Assembly (NCBI RefSeq): GCF_009914755.1 | Contig: NC_060937.1 | DNA: 64,000 bases | Origin: the human T2T-CHM13v2.0 reference genome, Homo sapiens | Reading direction: 5' to 3' (one strand) | Shown: piece by piece, positions 44,651 to 56,720 of the stretch | Layout of the letters: every line of letters starts with the position of its first letter | Numbering within the stretch: the stretch's first letter is position 1 | Notes under the pieces: generated by a model | What the model saw: only the letters and a program-made list of their open reading frames with translations | Databases searched by the model: none | Told to the model about the DNA's origin: nothing | Program-made: the position numbers and the translations under genes

Positions 44651-45261
44651 ACTGTAACTTCTTGCTCATTTGGGGATAGACCCATTGCACAGATCCTTCC
44701 TCTTCAGATTGTTTCTTGTGCCCATTTGATGAGGTCCTGTTATATATGAAGGATTAAGCATCATTGCCTTGGTAGGAAGTCTTGATTGATCAACCATAGC
44801 TCTATTAGAAATATATGAGCTTATGATTTACACTAGAGATCCCCAGACACAGCCAATACAGCAGAACTTTGAAAAGCAAAAGCTTTGTGTTTCATACATT
44901 TAGATCTTTATCACTCTTATTTTAATCTGTGGCATGTGGAGTACATTATTTTTTCTAGGCTTTCATTAAGCAGATTACTAATAAGAAACAAAATCTTATC
45001 ATCTTAGAACATGTTTTGCAGCCACTGCTTATGCCAAAACATCCATGGATTAGTTAAGAATGCCAACTAGCTGTCCTTAGGTTTTAAAGGGTTTTTCTAT
45101 CATAGTACTATATTATTTCTTTAGATGACATCGATTTTTATTCTCTGTTCTGTGAAGTCTGATACATAATGCATACTAGCCTCAAAGAAAGCACCCAAAA
45201 AGACCACCCCAACAAAATATCTAGTTTCTTGTGTGGAAAGCACACAGGGAGTAACATGAAA

Positions 45262-45302
45262 GCATGTATGCACGCACATGCACGCATGCGCGCGCGCGCG
45301 CG

Positions 45303-45338
<36 letters not shown>
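45262..45338. repeat. Alternating purine-pyrimidine tract including (CG)11(CA)14
   Basis: Read directly: CG repeat 45289-45310, CA repeat 45311-45338. Confidence 0.97.
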
Positions 45339-45339
<1 letters not shown>

Positions 45340-47599
45340 TTGCGTTCTTCATGACATAATCACTTAAGTTCATATCCGTAACAGCAAGTAATAGGGTTAT
45401 AGCAAAGGTTCAATGAATGCTTATTAAAAGAATTAATAGAAGAACTAATGAATTAGAAGAACTAATAGAAGAACTTCTTCTAATAGAAGAACTAATAGAA
45501 TTAATGAGGTAGAAACATAAGAGTATTATAAACTTGTATACATGTGAATGAGTATACAGCATATGCTACATATTTTCTACTAAGATCTTTTTAATTATGA
45601 GAGCTACATATTATTTTGAGATTGTTCAATAAAGCTCCCCGCCTTCTTTTACATAAATACCATTGCTGTTTTAAGCAGATAGGGGCTAATAAATGGTTTT
45701 ACCAGATATTTCTTCCTGCAGGGGTGGCAGATGTACACAGGGAATCAGTTACTTAATTCCCCTAATCACCCATTTCTTTCCTCCCTCTTCATTCTGTGCT
45801 TGGAAACTTCAACATTCCCCAGTGTGCTAATAGCTGACCCGGGAAACTGGCAGAAACCAAAACCTTCTCTTGAAACCAGCAGGCTCCATATGGTTGCTTC
45901 AAGGATGGAGGGTGACCCTGCCAAGTCTCCTGCAAAGGGATTTCACAGAGCAGAGAGGCAAACGTGTGTCTTTAAACGTTAGTCATTGAGCCAGAGAGAA
46001 GAAATCATTTTCCTGATGAAAGGCAGTTAAAGTACTTTGCAGCTTCTGATCTGCAACCTATAGGAAGTTTTGTACAATGGCGGCTCAATGCCAAGCATTA
46101 AAAATAAATGTAATCATCAGATGATTAGCTCTAAAAATCTTCCCTCAAAAAATGATAGAGTTGTCAGTTACAGTTGAACATACATATGCATATTTGAAAA
46201 CACGGAGACCAAGAATAACTTTGCGTGTCTGAAACCAGCACTATTCTACGTGTGTGAGGGTAACAGAGGCTATGACATAGCATATGAAGTCAATGGTGGA
46301 GTTGTTATTATTTATACATGAGTAAAGATTACAAATGCAAGCCCCAGCTCAGATCTCTCACCCCCTGGATCTGTGAAACCTGTCACTCAGTCTCCCGCGG
46401 TGTGTCTTCCTGTCTCGGAGCCATTGGACCACCTGCTGCCAAGACTCTCATCTACTGCATCGCCCGAAGGCCTCGATGATAACAGCATTGATTCCAATGT
46501 ACATCTAATTACTTCTCATAATCTATTCATTTCACAATAGTGTAGTGAAACATCTGTCACATCATAAACTCTTTAGTAGCCTTATCAAACCACCAAAACA
46601 CACTCTGCTGCCAGTTGGCAGTTTCCTCGGTTTCCTGTTTATTAATATGATGCAAACATTCCTAGTCTTTTTTGCAGCTTTAGATGAATTTCCCCAATGA
46701 CCAGTGAAGCAGAACTGGGCAAACTGCAGTTGAAATGTCTGTATGTTACTTATTGAGGGACAAATCCGGATGTCACATGAAAATCAGTTAAAACAGCATT
46801 GTTTCCTTGGAGGAATTGTCTCTAAATAAAGTTCTTTCATTCATAACGGTGAAAGACAGGGCCCCTTCCTTGGCTTCGATGTGTCTGATTAATTTACTAA
46901 AATAAGCCACTGGGACATTATTGCCTTTGAATAGGATATTACACAGGAAAGCTTTTTACCTTCCTATCTTTAACTTTACCTTTGGGAAAATTATGCTCTT
47001 TCCTCTTTCTCCTCTTTCTGATTTTCTCTCCTCACCCTTTCTCTTCCTCCCCATTCTCTTTTCTCTCTACCCTTTTGTAGAAAAGCTAATAAAGAGACCA
47101 TCATGTCATAGTTGATTAGCAAATACTGCTATTATTCAGTGATAAAGTCGACACAATATTCTAGGTACAATACAGATAAATACAGCATCTTCCAAAAAAG
47201 AGATCCATCACCAGGTCCTGAATGTTGGTAAACTTACTTCTACTCATTCTTTAAGATGCAGTTGAACAATATCTTCTTGGAGCAGCCCTCCCAGGGAGAA
47301 TTATTCAATCCTTTCTTTATCAGCTCATAACAACTTGACATCTCTATTCATGCACTTAACGTAATAATTGAGGATCATTGTTATACATATCTGCCTTACT
47401 CACAATGATAAATCCCTCAAGGATAAGGACTATGACTTTTTCATGTTTGTATCCTTGGCAACCTGCTGGGTGCCTGGCACCCAGACAATGTCAAATAGAT
47501 ATAGATATTTTCTAGTTCACTTAAGAGGATTGAAAAACTGCAATTTCAAGAGCTCCTTTACATTTATTATGAAAGTCAATATAATTCCCTATATTCTGC

Positions 47600-47840
47600 T
47601 CTAATAATAATAATGGTCATTCCTTAAATGTACCAGGCACTATTCTAAGTACTTCATATATATCAGCTCATTTAATGCTCACAACAACCCTGCAAGGATG
47701 ATTCTATTATGGTCCACATTTTAGAGCTAAGGAGTTGAGTGGCAGGGAGACTGAGTGCCTGCCTTCCTCAAGGTTACACAGCTGGTAGGTGGTGGAGCTC
47801 AGCAACCTGGCATGAGTCCCTGCTCTTAATTCTTACCCTA
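47600..47840 (-). mobile_element. MIR SINE
   Basis: ACCAGGCACTATTCTAAG...CTCATTTAATGCTCACAACAACCCT...AAGGTTACACAGCTGGTA. Confidence 0.8.
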
Positions 47841-49381
47841 TATGGTCTCTTCAGTAGCTAAATTATGCTCCTGTTAACTGCAGATGGCCCTCATATCATC
47901 TGATCAGTTAGTCTTTCTTGACCCATTCTTGAAGGTCTATAGGGAAAGACTGCTGTCCATGTGGGTGTCCCAAGCTGTCCATGAGGGTTTATAGGATGTA
48001 TATGTGGCCCATGTCATTCACACAGTATTATGCAAATAATTTCAGCACAGCCTTTTGATATTACAATAGGAGGGGCCATTTCCCATATCTGTGGAGGGAA
48101 TTCAAGCTTTCTTTTACATTTCCAGTGCAGATTTCAGGAAATCATTTCTGATAAAATTATCAACTCTTATTAACATACTTCTTTAAAGAATCCTTCAGGA
48201 AGCCATAGATGTTAGAAGGTTCTATGGCTATATTCCTGATGTCCATCAGAACATAAATTTATTTCTTGTAAAGTGTCAAATAGCTACCAAAAAACACCTT
48301 ATGGCCCTTATTATCCTGGATTGTACTTAGTGCTAATGACCTACAGATGAAAAACTTTGTCGTATTACAGATCCCCTCAGATAACAATTCCCTGAGTACT
48401 CAAGAGTCAAGGCTAAAGGGAAATCAGCTGTTTGGCTCTTTCTACTGTTTGTTCAAATAGTATATAGCTTATAGCTACATGTATCAAAATAAAATATCAT
48501 GTACTTAACAGGCCAGGTCTCCATTTCTGTATATCCCAGTGAAGTACATAGCTCTGTGAACTATAAATTAGTCTTTTCCAAAACTTGTAAAACCTGGAAG
48601 GACAAGGTTTGGGCATGGCAGCAGAGCTGAATGAAAGCTTGCCATCATGGTGTACTGGAAGGGTACAGATACATGGTGAATGCCACTGTTCTGGACTTTG
48701 TGTTCATTGGTAATAAATGAAGGAGCTCAACTTGTTTTTGCAAGAGGGACATTTGCAATAATTAATCTAGGGACAGAGAGATACTGTAAAGATCAATGAT
48801 TAGGATTTGGGATCCGGCCTCAGATAAACCAGGGCTCAAAACTCTCTTCTTCCTCTTAATAAGTGAGTGAGTGAGTGACTTTTGGAAGTCACCTCCCTAA
48901 ATACCAGTTCTTCATCTATTAATGGGCATGTTAACAGTACAGTCCTGAAGGGCTAATGGAAAGAAAATACATTTAAAGGGTTCAGAATACTAGTACCTGT
49001 GTTAGATGAACATTATTTAGTATTGTTATTGTCACTGCAGGTACAAACCATACTATTACATTATTCATCCCCATATCAAGGAGAAAAGGAGAAAAAGAGT
49101 CAAAGAATTCAAAGTTAAGACTATAATTTATTCCATTTCTTTATATTTAAAACTAAAAATAAATTTTGAAATGATTTGAACATTTTACTGGGATCTTTAA
49201 GATATCTTTAATCAAAAGGCTCTATTTTTAAAAACGTTATAGAATTTAATTCAACTGTTCACATGTTAACTAATTTCCAACAATAAGTTCCTGAAAGTAA
49301 AAAATATAAAATAATGAGTTATAAATGTTTCTTTGAAGGAACTGTCAGTACAAAAAATTTCCCTTTATGAAACACTAGGTC

Positions 49382-49654
49382 ATCCCAGCACTTTGGGAGG
49401 CCGAGGCAGGAGGATCACTTGAACCCAAGAGTTTGAGACAAGTCTGGGCAACATGGTGAAGCCCCACCTCTACAAAAACTGCAGAAATTAGCTGGGCCTG
49501 GTGTCATGCGCCTGTTGTCCTAGCTACTAGGGAGACTGAAGTGGGAGGACTGTTGAGGCCACAAGGTGGAGGCTGCAGTGAGCTGTGATCACACCACTGC
49601 ACTCTAGCCTGGGTGACAGAGCAAGACTCTGTCTCAGAAAAAAAAAAAAAAAAT
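49382..49654 (+). mobile_element. Alu (AluJ-like), 5'-truncated
   Basis: ATCCCAGCACTTTGGGAGGCCGAGGCAGGAGGATCACTTGA...A tail. Confidence 0.93.
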
Positions 49655-50534
49655 CTAGAAAGCAGCACAATGTGTCCAAGTAATCAGGTATAGACAGAGT
49701 ACTAAGGATTATTAATGAGAACAGTGCAGGTAGTATAGGCTCAGAAAAGGAAGGGGCTGCCATAAGAATCATCAGCAGGGAAGGCCCCTAGTAGCAAGAG
49801 AGAGGGAGCTGACCTTTGAGGAATGGGCAAAATGTAGATAAAAAGCTGAGTAGTGGGAAATCATTCTGATCCAAGAGAACAACAACTTTTGACTCCTGCA
49901 GCTCTCTAGTCAGTGTAGTTGGCTTATTCAAAGCAGAGAGTGCCAGGGCACATGTAGCTGTCCATCCTTGCCTATTAATTCTTGCCAATTCTCCTTGTAC
50001 AAATTCAAGGTGGATTTGCCTGGAGAAGTGGGAGGAAGTAATAGAGGATCTACTGAAGGCAGGATTTATATATCTTGTGATCTAGATAATAAAATTTGGT
50101 TGCTCAAGCCTCTGGCCATAGACCAGAGAAAGGCCTCCTCTTGAAAGCTCAGCTTGACCATGAAGCCTTTATGACAGCATAGAATGTGGGGAAAATGCTT
50201 TTCCCCTCTCAAGATGGCCCTTGCTTTATGAATATTTTAAGAAGTGATAGAATAATACAGTTCTCCCATTCTTGCAAAATAAACTTTTATTTGGAGGTAC
50301 AGAATAATTTAGGGTTGAGGCTGTCATACACTTTTGATATCTGCAAACATATTTGTATAAATTGACTCATTCCATACAGCCCCATTTCAGTCCTTAGTAC
50401 AGTGTGGTTTGCCATGCACACACTAGTTACATGAAGACACAGAAATTGACTAGCTGATAAAAAATTTGCACACATGGAGACAGAGAGTAGAAAAATAGAT
50501 AACAAAGACTGGGAAAGATGAGAGAAGTGTGTTA

Positions 50535-50730
50535 AAAGATGCAGACATACAGTAAGATAGAATGCATAAATTCAGTGTTTGATAGCAAAGTAGGATGACT
50601 ATACTTAACAAAATGTATTGTACTTACGTGACGGACACCCTGATTACCCTAACTTGATCAATATATATTATATACACATAACAAAATTTCTCATGTGCTA
50701 TGTACATTTGCACAAACTAAAAAGAAAAAG
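50535..50730 (+). mobile_element. L1MA-type 3' end
   Basis: GGACACCCTGATTACCCTAACTTGATCA...AAAATTTCTCATGT followed by A-rich tail. Confidence 0.75.
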
Positions 50731-51333
50731 GAACCAAACAGCTTATTAATGAGTGAAAAGAATGAAAAGTTAAGGGATTGTCTTAGATATTTAGATTTTT
50801 TAAGTAGTTAGCTGGACTTACCATATACCTGTCTGCTGAAGAAACATTCTTTTGTTAGCTCAGCTTGTGGGAGGTTATTGAAAGGAAGTTGTAAGACCCC
50901 AATATCATGGTCCTTCCACGTGGCATCAAAAAGGATTAAACCTTTTTGGCTCCTGGTTATGTTTTAAGCTCATAAGAAGGCTTTCTCTCCACCTTGTGCC
51001 TCAGCTTTAAGGCCATAGGCGTGTCATTTCTCTCAAAACTTCTCTGAGGCTTATTTCTCTTTTCCTATCGCCATGGCTGCCTCCTCACACCTGTAGCTAG
51101 TTTCTGACAAAGAGCTTCACATCCCCGACCTGCTTTGTGACCTGCTTTGTCCAGGTGTGGGAACCAAACACTGAGAAGTCCACTCCTGGTGGCAGTCTTC
51201 CTTAAGATAGTGCTAGAAAGTAGAATACGTCCCCAGGTTCCCCTCCAGCCACAGGCCTCCCCCACCTCAAAATGAGAACAGAATCAGTGGAGGATGAGGA
51301 TATAAATCCACCTCAGATGAAGACATGACTCAG

Positions 51334-51435
51334 ATGGACTTGGACAAAAAAGCAAACAAATTGAGAAATCCAGGTTATTAAAAAATGGACTTGGACAAAA
51401 AAGCAAACAAATTGAGAAATGCAGGTTATTAAAAA
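51334..51435. repeat. Tandem duplication, 2 x 51 bp (50/51 identical)
   Basis: ATGGACTTGGACAAAAAAGCAAACAAATTGAGAAAT[C/G]CAGGTTATTAAAAA at 51334 and 51385. Confidence 0.97.
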
Positions 51436-52289
51436 AACATACAGGATGACCAAACAATGATGACAAAGAGAACTGTACTATTAGGGATAGAAAAGAATAA
51501 GAGCATGCATAAAAGAATTTAAGAAAAAAATGGAAGTATTGGTATGATGTGGATAAAGGGAAATTGAACTGGACAAATGGGAAGATGTGAATATAAATGA
51601 ACTTGGACCATCTTTAACATTTCTTCTCCCCAGCCCTCACCATAGATGAGAAGAAAGCATCTTAGACCTCCCACCCTTTCCCTGGTGTCCTGCCTAACTC
51701 ACCATCCCCTTGCTACCTGGACTATGCCTTGGCCCCGATCCAGCCTCCATAACCTTTCCTCACATCAATCCCCACTAGAGCCTCTTCTTGGGCATGGACT
51801 GACTCATCTACTACTGTTTCATATTTTGTGACCTGGAGTTGCTTGGAGAGTTCTGGGGCAGAGCTGGCAAGAGAGAAGGCAAGTGAGGACCTCCTCAAAG
51901 AAAATGTCCCCCTCAACAATGTGGGCTAAAGCCAAATAGAGAGCAGTCTTCCTTAGAGAGATATACTCTACCTCCATATTTTTATTTTTCATTTATTCTA
52001 ATTCCCCAGGCCAAGGGGCCACCATCTTTGTAACTATCTCACACTCCTCTTTGTGTCTTCAAAACAGTCACTGTTACTGCCTTTATAGTACTCATAAGAA
52101 GAAAAAAGTGCAGGGGCAGGAGCTGGCCCTATAAGAAAAAGGAGGACCTGAGCCCAGGCTTCCATGAGTGGGGTGAAAGATATGATGAGGAGTCAGGAGA
52201 GAAATGTGGGACTTAAGAGGATACCATTTAAAACAGGGTAGGAAGGCATGAACTGAGGAAAATGATGAACTGAAGGGAGAAGTTTAGGG

Positions 52290-52494
52290 GATACAGAGGA
52301 GGGAATGCAGAAAGGGAGGATTCTAGCTAATTAAGATTTACTGAGACCCTTGAATCCTCAAAGTATTACAGAGGATGAAAAGTTCTGTAAAATACTGCTT
52401 CTATCACCCAGGATTATTGTTCTATTCTTGTTCAGGGTAGAAATAAATTGCCCACAAACACTGTCATCTAGGGTAGAATAAAAAGTACCATGAA
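52290..52494 (+). repeat. Copy 1 of a diverged ~200-bp dispersed duplication (partner 54027-54225)
   Basis: Colinear shared blocks GATACAGAGG, GAATGCAGAAA, CTAATTAA.ATTTACT, TAAAATACTG.TTCTATC.CCCAGGATT, GTAGAAATAAAT. Confidence 0.85.
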
Positions 52495-53557
52495 GGCCAT
52501 ATTCATAAGGCGGATTCAGAACACAGAGGGATGAAGTCCAACATCTAGGAAAGTTGCCCTGGGAGCTGTCATTTGCTCTGGACATGAACACATAGGGCAA
52601 TAATAGATACAAATAAAATAGAAAGTGGCAGGAAAAGGCTTTCCAGGTGGAGAGCGCAGCACGAGCCAACGTAAAGGAGAGCCGGGGAAAGGCACGCTTG
52701 AGAGACTGCCCCATAGTTGCATCCATCCATTCGTTCAGTAAGCATGCACTGGCCACCTACTCTGTGCCACAGCTTGTACTGAGCACAGGAGAAATAAAGT
52801 GAATCCACCTCGGTCTCTGCACCGAGTGTTTTCAGCATTGCTAAAATCAGAGTTTGTGGAGGGAGTAAGAGATATAATAGATTCCAAAGAACGATAAATG
52901 CCATGAAAGAAACCTAGGCTTTGTTCTATGCTTTGTGTAATTGTGTCCTATTCTTTGAAGTGGAGAATGGCATTACCAGACATGTGTTTTGAGAAAGAAA
53001 CCAGCAAAAATACAAAGTGAAAGAGATCTTGAAAAACTTTGGTGATAAAATTATAAAACTATAACATTATACAACTATAAAATATAATTTTATAAAATTC
53101 AAATACCCAGTAGCTAGTATAGACAAATTAATCCTTATTGAATGCCAGAATATTTCAGCCTAGGTCTCCATCTTCTCAGGCACACAGGCAGATGGAGTGT
53201 CCTTTCCCACATCACTTCATCATACTATGTGACCCTTATGCCCATTGGTAAGCACCTGTGGAGACAAGAAGCAATTTCTGGGTTAGAATACCATCAAGTT
53301 CATGGTAAGACTAGACTTCAAGATGTCTAAGGCATGGCCAGTGAGCTAGAGAAACTGAGCAAGGACTATAACTACCAGTGAGTCTGCCAGGTCTGGGCCA
53401 TGAGAAGGAGAGAGTAAGGGGGTTTCAGTGGACCTCAGGGTGATGAATTCATCAACTCCATATTGGGCCCCAAATTGGCCTTCCAAGCACTCCTGGTATA
53501 CATTGTCTTCTACTCTATAGCTCTGGCCAGAATTGCTGATTTAAAGAGTTGTAGCCT

Positions 53558-53930
53558 TAAAATAAGATCTACCCTCTGAGCAAATTTTGAAGTATACAAT
53601 ACGGTATTGTTAACTGTAGACACTAGACTATACAGTAGATCTCTAGGATCTATTTATCTTGTATAACTGAAACTTTGTACCCTTTGACTAATACCTGCCC
53701 CTGGCCCCTGGCAACCACCATAAGATGGTAGCTCTTATCTAAAGTGCTCTTATCAGAAAAAAAAATGATAATAAACAGAGTGGGAGGAAATCTTTGGAAG
53801 GGATGAAGAGGTTTATGGCATAGATAGTGGTGACGGTTTCACCAATGTATACTTATCTCCAAACTGAAGTTGCATACATTAAATAGTACAGCTTTTTGTA
53901 TGTCAGTCACACCTCAATAAAGTGGTTTGA
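53558..53930 (+). mobile_element. L1MB-type 3' end with 5' inversion (twin priming)
   Basis: 53558-53720 is antisense L1; 53721-53930 is sense and ends CTCAATAAAGTGGTTT. Confidence 0.85.
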
Positions 53931-54026
53931 AAGAGTTAAAGTATAAATATTTGTAGACTTAGATTCTAGCTGTTCCATTTTAATTCTGTGCCTAGGAAAG
54001 ATGAAAACATCTTCATTTTTCTTTAT

Positions 54027-54225
54027 GATACAGAGGGCGAATGCAGAAATGGAGGAGTCTAACTAATTAAAATTTACTTAGATTCTTAAATGCTTGAAGT
54101 ATTATGGATGATGAAAAATTGTATAAAATACTGGTTCTATCTCCCAGGATTCTTTTTCTATAGTGTAGAAATAAATGGGCACACTGGAAACTGTAATGTA
54201 AGATAAAATGAAAAAGTATCATAAA
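54027..54225 (+). repeat. Copy 2 of a diverged ~200-bp dispersed duplication (partner 52290-52494)
   Basis: Same colinear blocks as copy 1; offset 1737 bp. Confidence 0.85.
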
Positions 54226-55869
54226 CTTATAATAATCATATACTCTCCTGTAACATCATCACTCAGTATTCGCCTGTCTTCACTTCTCCTAAGACAATGA
54301 TTCCAGAATTTATTGTTGTTCTTCATCTGCACTATTTAAACATCTTAGCACCAGCTTTTTTCATTTTTCTTCAAAAATCCTCACTTTTGCAGCCTATTTA
54401 TCCTCTCTTTGAAATATATATGTTATATATATGTTACACTCAGGTAGCCTACTTGATTACAGCCAGAAAATCACAGCTTTAATCTTGGAGGGGCCACAAA
54501 TCGGTGGAGGGAGAAGGCAAGTTATGTAAACACATTGTTTTGTAGTTTCTCTAGCAATTAGTAAGGAAGAGCAAAACTCCTCCTGCCTCACAAGGGGGCT
54601 GTGAAGATTATGTATAACATATTTTAAAGTATTTCCAAAAGTAGAATATGCTTAGCAAATTCAGTGCAGTTCATGAAATAATAATAAAGCACTAATCCAT
54701 TAATGGTGCAGGAAATAAATTTCAGGGACTTCCTTCCAGGAGTGACCACCCCAAGTTTCTGTCCCCCAGCTGGATTCTGCCAAGGATAATAAAGAAGCTC
54801 TTCATGCTTTTATACCTTCAAAAACATTTGATTATAACCTACTATGTGCCAACTATTGTTCTAGATGCTGGAGATACTACAGCTCTTAAAGTTATTTGGA
54901 AGAGGTTAGATCATGTTAGGTTATGAATTGTAATCATGATTGTTATTACAAATTGAGTTATTTTTATATGTTTAAAAGTAAAAAGGCATTAACTTTGAGC
55001 TTGATCAAATGTATTCTTTTTATTTGAAAACTATTGCAAAGCAAATCTCCATTTTGCTCATACCAATTTTAGGAGGAATTGTTTTTAATTTATCTTTAAA
55101 TGATAATACATAGCACTTGTAGAGTGTTCAACTTGCTTTTCTCCATGCACTATACCTGGGTTGAAAGGAAAATGATGAAGGAAGGAAGGAGAGAAGAGAA
55201 AGTGAATATTTATGGAGTGCCAAAATTGTTTCATGTGCTTTTATACCCAGAACCTTACATAGGCCCCTCACATCTTCTCTTGCAACGTGCTGGATCCCAC
55301 AATGATTTTCTCTGCCATGAAGGTTTATAGCTGATCAATGACAGTGTGGTTCTTTCTTGTACAGTAACTTAAAAAAAAAAAAACACCTTGACATGATTTT
55401 CCCATTGAATCCAGAGGAGAAAGGATTTTGTCATGTAAGGCTGATAGCAGATATGCATTCCCCAGTGGGCTTGAGGACTGTAGTTTCCCAGAGAGGCCAG
55501 GTCACAAATAAAGCACAAGAACTGACATTTTACCTCTTTCACTGCTGAGATGTTTTCATAGGCTCCAGTCCTGTTCCCTCTAACTTCTTTCGCTTCTGGG
55601 TTCAGCAGGGATTCCATTTCATTCTACCAGAGCTTCATTCTGTTGTTGTTAATTCTAGAATAGAATTGATTCCAAATTTTGACTACTATAAACCATACCC
55701 AAGAGGATTTCCCTTCTGAAGTACCCAAAGGACTAAATTAGAGGCTATTTCATCTCTAGCGGTAGGGATGGGATCTAGTGGTGTCACTATGGGAAGTCCC
55801 TTAAAAAATTAATTTTCACTTATAAAACAGTGTGTAGATCATTGTTTTGATATTCAGTGACCCAGTGAC

Positions 55870-56072
55870 CCCTAACTTTAGAAAAAATCTGGGAAATGGA
55901 CTTTAGGCATTCTTTCGTCCTTTGTCCTAGGAGTGATGCCTGCCACTACATTCTTTCCACTGACCACAGTCTACTTCAAATCATGAAAAGTTCTTCATTC
56001 TTTCATGCCTTCAAAAATTATTTAATCAGCACTTACTATATGCAAGACACTGTTCTAGGAACTGGGCATGTC
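55870..56072 (+). repeat. Copy 1 (probable donor) of a 203-bp duplication (partner 59916-60118)
   Basis: 8 mismatches, no indels by eye; constant offset 4046. Confidence 0.97.
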
Positions 56073-56720
56073 ATAAATAAATTAGTAATGTCCCTGCTTT
56101 CATGGAACATGCCTTCTAGTTTAGGAAGACATAAAAGAAATAAGAAACAAATAAGAAAGATGATTTTACATACTTATGTGAGTAAATACACACACACACA
56201 CGCAGGAGAAGCAATAGAAAGTAACTAAAGAGGACTAATATTAGTAAGGTCTATCTGTAGAGGTAATATTTGAAAAAGAACCAACAGAGCAAAGAACCTG
56301 GGAAAGAAATTTCCAGGCAAAAAGAACTACATACAAATGCCAAGGCCTTGAGACAAGAATAAGCTTGCTCAAGGCACAAATAAAAAAAATGAATAACATA
56401 GAAATTGTATCTGAGAGGTAGGTAGAAAACAGATCAAAAAGGCTTTGTAGACCTTGATAAGGTGTGTGAATTTTATTCCAAATGTGATAGTGAACAACTA
56501 GAGTTTTTAAACAAATACATCTAGTAATATAATTTACAGTTAAAAAAGTTGCTGTGGCTGCTGGTGGAAAATAATCTGCTGGGAGACAAGAGTGGGTGCA
56601 AATAGGAAAGTTAGTGGTGGTTCAGGCAAGATGTGGTGGCAGCTTGGCCTTCAGTGGTGACAGTAGTGGTGAAATGTAACAGGCTAAGTTGGGATATATT
56701 TGGGGGGCAGGGAGTTCCTG
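55995..56720 (-). mobile_element. L2 LINE 3' region
   Basis: TCATTCTTTCA...AGCACTTACTATATGCAAGACACTGTTCTAGG...GCCAAGGCCTTGAGACAAGAA. Confidence 0.75.

Noticed and set aside
48201-48230. Hairpin AGCCATAGA...TCTATGGCT
   Set aside because: 9-bp stem; no match to an RNA family I recognise
51334-51435. Direct repeats as a CRISPR-like array
   Set aside because: Two abutting copies with no spacers, in eukaryotic DNA with no cas genes
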